Positions 8,325-15,230 of a DNA stretch of 25,925 nt are shown one piece after another. The stretch's first letter is position 1. The number at the start of each line of letters is the position of its first letter. The DNA is from Oligoflexales bacterium (GTDB taxonomy: Bacteria; Bdellovibrionota_B; Oligoflexia; Oligoflexales; RGVZ01), in the NCBI GenBank assembly GCA_044236265.1, contig JBIIGV010000032.1, positions 1 to 25,925 of the forward strand, given 5' to 3'. The translations under genes were made by a program, and so were the position numbers. The notes below the pieces were generated by a model. That model was not told where the DNA came from, did not search any database, and saw only the letters and a program-made list of their open reading frames with translations.

Positions 8325-9154
8325 ATGGCACCCCCGGCTTCAGCACCAGCTGCGGGTTTGGTAGGGTCAACGGGCTGTTGGCCTCCACTCACGGGTGGAG
8401 ATGCTGTTTTACCAGGAGCCCCTCCAGCAGGATTTGTCGCACCAGCTGCGCTTTGCGCAATCTGATTGGCAGATGCGAGTTTGAACAAAGATACATTGGC
8501 ATCCAATACGAGCCTAAGGTTCTCCCGGGCCTTTTTACCTTCTCTCTCAGCTATCTGACTTTCAGATAAAACTTGTCCAGGTATCGCCTCGCCCCCCAAT
8601 CCACCGACGGAGGCATTTTGCGTACTGCGAGTGACACTCGCTTTACGACCTAATTTCCATGACTTCAAATAAACCTTTGATTTACTGCCCGCAACATCGT
8701 CCAACCACTCACAGATTTGTCCGTAATCATGGCTCTCCACAGAGATCTTCAACGGAACCTCTGCATACTTATAGTTATCCCCTCGAACCACCTCTTCCTG
8801 GGGCTCAAATAAAACGACGTTCACGCCAAATGACTTGGCTGATTTACCCAGAGAGCGCAGAACCTCATCGATCACGACGCTGTCTGGTAGCCGCTCTTCA
8901 GCTTTCTTCAATTGTTCACGGATGAATGCTAGCTCACTCTCCGCTTTTGGCAAATTCTTCAACGTTGCATCTGCCTGCGTCAGCTTTGCTGCGGCCGCTT
9001 TTTCCTCAGATTCAGCTCTGCCAACTTCCTCGTCGACAATGGTCGACTCATCCATATACAGTAAAACCGCTGGCAGCAAGCCGACGAGCGCGCACAAAGC
9101 TAACCGCACATGCAGCTTGCTATGTTTATAGCGAATTTTGAGCTCATCTAGCAC
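8321..9154 (-). CDS. pilO: Type IV pilus inner-membrane alignment protein PilO
   Basis: One N-terminal TM helix, coiled coil, then RLPDSVVIDEVLRSL, FEPQEE, YAEVPLKISVESHDYGQICEWL; GGAG RBS before the GTG; operon position. Confidence 0.88.
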   Translation of the reverse strand: MLDELKIRYKHSKLHVRLALCALVGLLPAVLLYMDESTIVDEEVGRAESEEKAAAAKLTQADATLKNLPKAESELAFIREQLKKAEERLPDSVVIDEVLRSLGKSAKSFGVNVVLFEPQEEVVRGDNYKYAEVPLKISVESHDYGQICEWLDDVAGSKSKVYLKSWKLGRKASVTRSTQNASVGGLGGEAIPGQVLSESQIAEREGKKARENLRLVLDANVSLFKLASANQIAQSAAGATNPAGGAPGKTASPPVSGGQQPVDPTKPAAGAEAGGAM

Positions 9155-9169
9155 AATAAAAACTCCAGT

Positions 9170-9847
9170 TTAAAATCCAACTTTATGTAACGATCGAGGC
9201 GGTGGCCCTAGTGATAAGCTTGGTGAATCTGATGCCAGCTTCTCTACGTGCACACCACTAAGTTCAAACTGCATTCTAGTTTGAATATCCTTGAAGAATT
9301 CATCCGGCTGCTCGTTTAACTTGACGATTTTCAGCTTGAGATCCTTAAATCCTAGCTGCGTCCGGACATCGGTATTGCGAGTGTCAGGATTCATGGTTTC
9401 GCGAACCCCTAACATGTACTCACCCACTAATAAACTGTCTTGACCAGCTCCCCTGATGAGTACATCACCTGTTTCACCGTAGGTAATATCCTCGTACCAG
9501 ACGCCATCCATCCAAAGAGTTTGAAGCTGATCCAGAGCTACAAGAGGCTTAACTTTATCAACTTTCGAGGTGGTTATTTTCTTCAGCGCACCGATTTTTT
9601 GATTGAGAAGAGTCATCTCCTCGTTCAATGTTCTAAATTTCTCAACATGAGGAGCTTTTGTTGCATATTCCGTCTCCCAATTTTGCTTTTTCGAGATCAA
9701 AACCTGAATCGCTTCGCGTCTGGTATCCATATATCCAGTGACCGCGTAATAACCAAGGCCCATGACAATGAGTAGAAATCCAAGGTCCAAATACCACCAG
9801 TTTTTGTCTTCAAGCTCACCAGATGGACAAAGCTGCGTTTTGATCAT
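9170..9847 (-). CDS. pilN: Type IV pilus inner-membrane alignment protein PilN
   Basis: Short cytoplasmic N-terminus, one TM helix, coiled coil, PLVALDQL...DGVWYEDI...LIRGAG core; ATGA overlap with pilM. Confidence 0.82.
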   Translation of the reverse strand: MIKTQLCPSGELEDKNWWYLDLGFLLIVMGLGYYAVTGYMDTRREAIQVLISKKQNWETEYATKAPHVEKFRTLNEEMTLLNQKIGALKKITTSKVDKVKPLVALDQLQTLWMDGVWYEDITYGETGDVLIRGAGQDSLLVGEYMLGVRETMNPDTRNTDVRTQLGFKDLKLKIVKLNEQPDEFFKDIQTRMQFELSGVHVEKLASDSPSLSLGPPPRSLHKVGF

Positions 9848-10914
9848 ACCGCCACCTTGTCATCTTTCTCCCGGACTCCCAAACCAATAGCGACACCAAA
9901 CATGGGACTGAGGGACAGCACCTGCTCGATTTTAAATTTTTTCTCATTCACATCTACACGCTGGAACGGATTTGCAAAAACGACTGGAACACCGAGAGCA
10001 GCTGCAATTGCTGCATCTAAGCCCAGAGTTCGACTTGCCCCTCCAGAGAGGAATATAAATTTGGCTGCGGAGACTCCCTCTGCATCAGGACTGGCTGCGA
10101 AGAATCCAAAAATCTGTCGCACATCATTGACGATCAAATTATTGGTTTCATTAATGACCCTTTGCACATCAGCTGATAAGTTCGCGCCGTTTTCACTGAC
10201 ACTGATCTTCAAAGCTTCAGCTGTATCACGGTCCATGCTCAAAGCCTGCATGATGGCAGATGTGTATGTTTCACCACCAACCGGTGACTCGTAGCTGTAG
10301 AGGAATCTACCGTTATCAACAAAGCTTATTTGGGTGTGCGCAGCTCCAACGGAAATAAGAGCGACCAATCCATCCACGATGCCATGATTCATCTCAAACA
10401 TGTTTGCAATGCTCAAAGGTGCTGCCTCTATGACGCCTGGAAGCAAACCTGCAGCTTTTACGACGGAAACTTGCTGCTCAATTAACTCTCGTCGCGCACC
10501 AACCAACAGGACATCAATGTCCTGCTCATGTCTTGGAGAAGGACCCATGTCAAAGTAATCATAATAGAGCTCACTTAGATCAACTTGAAATGCCTGAGCA
10601 GCATGAAAATTCACTTGTTCATCTAAGGTGGCGTCCTTACCAACCAAGACCCGTACGCGTTTAATGATAACGCCACTTCCCGAGACCGAGATTGAAACAC
10701 GACGCCCCTTAACTCCAAGTTTACTGACCATCTTTTTGATGATTTGTGTCAGTGCAGACTCGTCAGCGACAACCCCGTTGTCAATCACGCCACGTGGCAA
10801 GACCTCAAGCGCAAAATTTTTGAGCTTGCGGTGCTGATCATTACCAGTGAGTTCCAGCATCTTTACAGCGGAACTACCGATATCGATCGCAACTAGAGAT
10901 TTGTTAAAAAACAT
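9844..10914 (-). CDS. pilM: Type IV pilus assembly protein PilM (actin/FtsA-like fold)
   Basis: VAIDIGSSAVKMLEL, SGSGVIIKRV, LYYDY, VLLVGARRE, VGGETYT, FLSGGASRTLGL, ANPF, FGVAIGLGVR. Confidence 0.95.
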   Translation of the reverse strand: MFFNKSLVAIDIGSSAVKMLELTGNDQHRKLKNFALEVLPRGVIDNGVVADESALTQIIKKMVSKLGVKGRRVSISVSGSGVIIKRVRVLVGKDATLDEQVNFHAAQAFQVDLSELYYDYFDMGPSPRHEQDIDVLLVGARRELIEQQVSVVKAAGLLPGVIEAAPLSIANMFEMNHGIVDGLVALISVGAAHTQISFVDNGRFLYSYESPVGGETYTSAIMQALSMDRDTAEALKISVSENGANLSADVQRVINETNNLIVNDVRQIFGFFAASPDAEGVSAAKFIFLSGGASRTLGLDAAIAAALGVPVVFANPFQRVDVNEKKFKIEQVLSLSPMFGVAIGLGVREKDDKVAV

Positions 10915-10929
10915 TCTCTTCCCCAGGTC

Positions 10930-10952
10930 TTAATCAGAATTGTTCTGATTAA
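10930..10952. promoter_or_regulatory. Perfect inverted repeat (10-3-10), candidate operator or leader hairpin upstream of pilM
   Basis: TTAATCAGAA-TTG-TTCTGATTAA, 15 bp from the pilM ATG and just upstream of its GGGGAAGAG RBS. The repeat is directly seen; the function is inferred. Confidence 0.6.
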
Positions 10953-10953
10953 T

Positions 10954-10982
10954 ATTTTTTCACCTAAGGGAGATCCCGTCAA
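10954..10982 (-). promoter_or_regulatory. Candidate sigma70-type promoter for the pil operon
   Basis: Minus strand TTGACG-N17-AAAAAT with TG in the extended -10 position; the -10 lacks its first T, so support is weak. Confidence 0.3.
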
Positions 10983-11003
10983 CCCATTGAGCTCCAAGGC
11001 TTT

Positions 11004-11041
11004 CGCCAATTTTTTGACAACTCAGCGCCATAATTTTGACA
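11004..11041. promoter_or_regulatory. Two tandem 16-bp boxes with a 22-bp period, candidate transcription-factor binding sites
   Basis: CGCCAATTTTTTGACA (11004-11019) and CGCCATAATTTTGACA (11026-11041), 13/16 identical; each is an imperfect GTCA-N6-TGAC palindrome with an A/T-only core. Confidence 0.6.
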
Positions 11042-11066
11042 TGGGAAAATAATACCGAATTCCGGC

Positions 11067-11417
11067 TTACTTTTTCTTGAAAAATGCGTCTAGCTCATCT
11101 TCGAGTTTGGAACGTGGCTTTGGGGAGCTAGATTCACCAAACAAAGCATCGAGGGGATTAATTGTCGACTGATTTTGTCCATCGCTGGAGTAAGACGACG
11201 CAACGAACCAATCACAAAAATTTGACTTTTCTTTATCTTTGACAATTTCCGCTTGGGATTCCAGACACTCACGATTTGCATGACGATCGTAAAATTTACA
11301 ATTTTTGCACACCTTAGCGTCACGGCGACACCCGGCGCAAAGATCACCTCGCTCCAAAGGAGGAGAAAATTCCCACGAGTGTCCGCAGGACCAGCAGGTA
11401 ACTTTTAAATTCGGCAT
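11067..11417 (-). CDS. Small Cys-rich putative metal-binding protein of unknown function
   Basis: CWSC, CAGC and CKNC plus two more Cys (RECLE, NFCDWF); GAGGGG RBS upstream. Confidence 0.75.
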   Translation of the reverse strand: MPNLKVTCWSCGHSWEFSPPLERGDLCAGCRRDAKVCKNCKFYDRHANRECLESQAEIVKDKEKSNFCDWFVASSYSSDGQNQSTINPLDALFGESSSPKPRSKLEDELDAFFKKK

Positions 11418-11529
11418 CGATCTGGCCCCCTCTTGAAAAGTGAATTATCCAGAGATACAGCGATCGCCCAGAACTGACAAGCCATTGATTCGACAACGCT
11501 AAATACGTGAGAATTCGCTGACTTGCCGC

Positions 11530-11559
11530 TTGAGCATTCGACAGAAATCGTGATATTCT
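11530..11559 (+). promoter_or_regulatory. Candidate sigma70-type promoter for the cbs operon
   Basis: TTGAGC-N18-TATTCT with an extended -10 (TGaTATTCT); GAGG RBS follows before the ATG at 11596. Confidence 0.4.
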
Positions 11560-11595
11560 GAAGTGATAACAGCATCATCGACTTAAAGAGGTTTC

Positions 11596-12546
11596 ATGTT
11601 ATTTCAAAATATTCTCGAAGCAATCGGACGCACCCCTCTTGTAAAACTCAACCGGGTGACCGATGGACTTGAATGCGACGTTTACGCAAAATGCGAGTTC
11701 CTTAACCCAGGCGGTTCCATCAAAGACAGAATCGGCTACCGCATGGTCGTTGACGCGGAAAAGAGCGGGCGAATCAAGCGGGGAGACACACTCATTGAAC
11801 CCACGAGCGGAAACACTGGCATCGGAATTGCTCTGGCTGGTGCCGTTCTTGGATACCGCGTAATTATTACGCTACCCGAAAAAATGAGTCGTGAAAAACA
11901 AGTGACTCTTGCTGCTTTAGGCGCAGAGATTATCAGAACCCCAACGGAGGCAGCCTGGGACTCTCCAGATAGCCACATTGGCGTTGCAAAGAAGCTTCAG
12001 AAAGAACTGCCTCGCGCGCACATTCTGGATCAATACGCCAACCCCAGTAATCCACAAGTGCACTATGAAACAACCGCTGCCGAAATCTTGGAAGACCTAG
12101 GCGGCAAGGTTGACATGGTCGTCATGGGAGCAGGAACTGGTGGTACCATTACAGGAGTCGCCAAAAGAGTTAGAGAAGCATGTCCGCAGGTCACAATTGT
12201 GGGCGCTGATCCCGAGGGTTCTATCCTTGGCGGCGGAACAGAGATTCACAGCTACAAGGTCGAAGGCATTGGCTACGACTTTGTTCCTGATGTTTTAGAC
12301 CGTAAACTCGTTGATACATGGGTCAAGACCAATGACAAGACCGCATTTGAGCTTGCGCGCAGGCTTTTACGCGAAGAGGGATTGCTGTGTGGCGGATCAT
12401 CAGGATCTGCCATGATGGCAACACTGCAAGCTGCCAAAAAACTCAAAAAAGGCCAGAAATGCGTCGTTATATTGCCCGACGGAATTCGCAATTACATGAC
12501 GAAGTTTGTAGACGCTTCGTGGATGAAGAGTGAAGGGTTTAACTAA
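11596..12546 (+). CDS. Cystathionine beta-synthase-type PLP enzyme (CysK/CBS family), catalytic core only
   Basis: KCEFLNPGGSIKDR (PLP Lys), IEPTSGNTGIG, GAGTGGT; CBS-type signatures LDQYANPSNP, VGADPEGSIL, YKVEGIGYDF, EGLLCGGSSG, PDGIRNYMTKF. Confidence 0.9.
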   Translation: MLFQNILEAIGRTPLVKLNRVTDGLECDVYAKCEFLNPGGSIKDRIGYRMVVDAEKSGRIKRGDTLIEPTSGNTGIGIALAGAVLGYRVIITLPEKMSREKQVTLAALGAEIIRTPTEAAWDSPDSHIGVAKKLQKELPRAHILDQYANPSNPQVHYETTAAEILEDLGGKVDMVVMGAGTGGTITGVAKRVREACPQVTIVGADPEGSILGGGTEIHSYKVEGIGYDFVPDVLDRKLVDTWVKTNDKTAFELARRLLREEGLLCGGSSGSAMMATLQAAKKLKKGQKCVVILPDGIRNYMTKFVDASWMKSEGFN

Positions 12547-12558
12547 GAGGAAGAACCA

Positions 12559-13089
12559 GTGCGCACGGATGCCGCAGTGATGGAAAAGTTCAAGGATCCT
12601 GAGTGGGGAGCTTCCAAACTCGGAGAGATCACGATATTTCGGAAATTTAACCAAGCCGAACTAAAGCGTCTTTACGAGCACGGTCAATTCATGGTTTTGC
12701 GTTCGCAAAGTCACGCCGTCATCGAAGGCGAGGCGACTCGAGGCCTTTACGTAATCCTTGATGGCACCGTCAGTGTTTACAAGACAGACCCAGCCAACAA
12801 CTCCCTGGCGAGGCTAGCTGTGTTAGAGAGTGGGGCATATTTTGGCGAGCTTAGTCTATTTGACTCAGCACCGAGATCCGCAACAGTAACGGCAGAAACT
12901 ACGGTTCAATGCTTTGTTCTCGACGCCGATGCATTCAATCGGTTCCTCGAATCCATGGGAGAAAATCTTCAGCTTCGTTTCTACAAAACATGCGCCGAGG
13001 AGCTCGTGGATCGACTTCGAAAACTGAACAGCGACTATATCTCAAGCCAAAACATGCTCTGGCGTTATGCATTTCGCCACGAGGATTAA
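12559..13089 (+). CDS. Stand-alone cyclic nucleotide-binding domain protein (no HTH)
   Basis: VIEGE...LYVILDGTVSV and the phosphate-binding cassette YFGELSLFDSAPRSATVTA; ends after the C-helix; GAGG RBS then GTG. Confidence 0.88.
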   Translation: MRTDAAVMEKFKDPEWGASKLGEITIFRKFNQAELKRLYEHGQFMVLRSQSHAVIEGEATRGLYVILDGTVSVYKTDPANNSLARLAVLESGAYFGELSLFDSAPRSATVTAETTVQCFVLDADAFNRFLESMGENLQLRFYKTCAEELVDRLRKLNSDYISSQNMLWRYAFRHED

Positions 13090-13101
13090 AAACATTATTT
13101 A

Positions 13102-15204
13102 ATGAAAGGAACCCAAATCATGGGACAAAATCCTCTACTCTACAAGACGGGCCTTCCGCCATTTGATCAAATCAAAGCTGAACACGTAGTTCCAGCGGTC
13201 ACCGAAGTATTAGCTGATGCCAATAAAAAATTCGAACAACTTGAAGCATCCCTTAGCACATCTTCAAGTCCTACCTGGAACTCTTTGATGCAACCATTGG
13301 ATGCGATCGATCACGATGTTTTCCGTGTCTGGTCTCCCATTGGACACTTGATGGGTGTTATGAATTCTGATGAGTTGCGGAAAGCATACGAAACGATGCA
13401 ACCGGAGATTGTGAAATTTGGTCTCAGAACTTCACAGAGCAGGAAAATCTACGAGGCCCTAGTCAAAATCCAATCTAGCGCTGATTGGAAGACACTCAAC
13501 AAGCCCCGCCAACGCATTATAGAAAGAAATATTCTCAGCATGAAACTTTCTGGTGTTGGGCTTGATGGTACTGCAAAGGAACGCTATAACCAGATCGCTC
13601 AGGAACTGGCTGCACTGAAGACTAAATTTTCCAATAACAGTCTCGACTCCACTAAATCTTGGTCCATGATTCTCACATCTCGCGAAGAAATGGACGGACT
13701 ACCGGAGCATGTATTTGCTCTCGCAAGTCAGGAGCACAACCGGGCATCAAAATCTAAAGATTCAACTCCCGAGAAAGGCCCATGGAGGTTTACACAAGAC
13801 GCCCCAAGCTATCTCCCCTTTATGGAGTTTTCCAAGCGCCGGGAGCTGCGCGAGAAAATGTACCGCGCCCGCATTGCGATCGCATCAAGCGGAGAGCACG
13901 ACAACTCGCCAATCATCGAACAGATACTCAAACTAAAACACGAACAGTCAAAGCTCTTGGGTTTCAATACATTTGCAGAACAAAGCCTTGCTATGAAAAT
14001 GGCGGGCAATGTTGCATCTGTTGACAAATTGCTCGATGAACTTTTAACAGCGTCCTGGGAAGCAGGGAAAAAAGAGCATGCCGAACTGGAGGCTTATGCC
14101 ACGTCCAAGGGGTTCAAAGAAAAACTGCTTGAATGGGATATCCCTTATTACGCAGAACGATTGAAGGAAGAAAAGTACCAGTATAGCGAAGACGAACTGC
14201 GCCCTTATTTCCCTATTCCAAAAGTGTTGGAGGGCATGTTTGCACTCGTTCGCAAAATATTTGCCATCCGTGTTGAAGCAGCACCTACACAAGCGCCCGT
14301 GTGGCATCCAGATGTTTTATTCTTCAAAGTGTTTGACGAAAATACCAATCGCCAGATCGCAGGATTCTACCTGGATCCATTTGCTAGGCCCGGTCTGAAA
14401 CGCTCCGGCGCATGGATGGATGACTGCATGAACCGTCGACGCATTGGCAATGAGATTGACCTTCCAATCGCTCACCTCGTCTGTAATGGAACGCCTCCGG
14501 TTGGAGGGAAACCCGGGCTCATGGGCTTTGACGAGGTACACACGTTGTTCCATGAATTCGGTCACGGATTGCAACACATGCTAACAACAATTGATGATGC
14601 TGGAGCTTCCGGGATCAACGGCGTGGAGTGGGATGCCGTTGAACTAGCAAGCCAATTTATGGAAAACTGGCTTTATCACGCACCAGTTCTAAGGTCTATT
14701 AGCGGCCACGTCGATACGAACGCGCCGTTACCAGATGAGTATGTCCAAAAGATTCTCGCAGCGCGCAATTATCGTTCAGCCAGCATCATGCTGAGACAAC
14801 TCCATCTTGGATTGACTGATATGGAGCTACATCACAAATTCAAAGTCGGCGGCAGTGAAACGCCTCACGACGTATTTAATCGCATTGCAAAACGCACCAG
14901 CATTTTACCGCCGCGTCCGGAAAATCGATTTTTATGCGCCTTCGGCCACATCTTCGCAGGAGGTTATTCCGCCGGCTACTATAGCTACAAATGGGCCGAG
15001 GTTTTAAGTGCCGACGCGTTTGCCGCCTTTGAGGAGGTCGGGCTAGATAAGGAACAAGCACTCCGCGAGACAGGACTTCGCTATCGCCAGACGGTACTCT
15101 CCCTTGGCGGCGGAGAACACCCAATGGACGTGTTTAAAAAGTTTCGAGGGCGTGAGCCAAGTACAAAAGCCTTGCTACGTCATAGTGGATTAATTGCAAA
15201 CTAG
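13102..15204 (+). CDS. prlC: Oligopeptidase A (M3 family Zn metallopeptidase); ATG 13120 is a plausible alternative start
   Basis: NPLL N-terminus, KRSGAWM, TLFHEFGHGLQH (HExxH), VEWDAVELASQFMENW, HIFAGGYSAGYYSYKWAEV, FRGREP; AAAGGA lies 9 nt before ATG 13120. Confidence 0.95.
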   Translation: MKGTQIMGQNPLLYKTGLPPFDQIKAEHVVPAVTEVLADANKKFEQLEASLSTSSSPTWNSLMQPLDAIDHDVFRVWSPIGHLMGVMNSDELRKAYETMQPEIVKFGLRTSQSRKIYEALVKIQSSADWKTLNKPRQRIIERNILSMKLSGVGLDGTAKERYNQIAQELAALKTKFSNNSLDSTKSWSMILTSREEMDGLPEHVFALASQEHNRASKSKDSTPEKGPWRFTQDAPSYLPFMEFSKRRELREKMYRARIAIASSGEHDNSPIIEQILKLKHEQSKLLGFNTFAEQSLAMKMAGNVASVDKLLDELLTASWEAGKKEHAELEAYATSKGFKEKLLEWDIPYYAERLKEEKYQYSEDELRPYFPIPKVLEGMFALVRKIFAIRVEAAPTQAPVWHPDVLFFKVFDENTNRQIAGFYLDPFARPGLKRSGAWMDDCMNRRRIGNEIDLPIAHLVCNGTPPVGGKPGLMGFDEVHTLFHEFGHGLQHMLTTIDDAGASGINGVEWDAVELASQFMENWLYHAPVLRSISGHVDTNAPLPDEYVQKILAARNYRSASIMLRQLHLGLTDMELHHKFKVGGSETPHDVFNRIAKRTSILPPRPENRFLCAFGHIFAGGYSAGYYSYKWAEVLSADAFAAFEEVGLDKEQALRETGLRYRQTVLSLGGGEHPMDVFKKFRGREPSTKALLRHSGLIAN

Positions 15205-15230
15205 CCGAATACGCGCCAGGATATCTTGCT

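Noticed and set aside
10993..11009. sigma54-like element TTGGCGAAAGCCTTGGA on the minus strand upstream of pilM
   Set aside because: The -12 position is GG and not GC, and it overlaps one of the tandem boxes; not supportable, though not excluded.
11452..11480. Minus-strand TTGTCA-N17-TATCTC as promoter for the Cys-rich gene
   Set aside because: The -10 match is too weak to list without transcription-start data.
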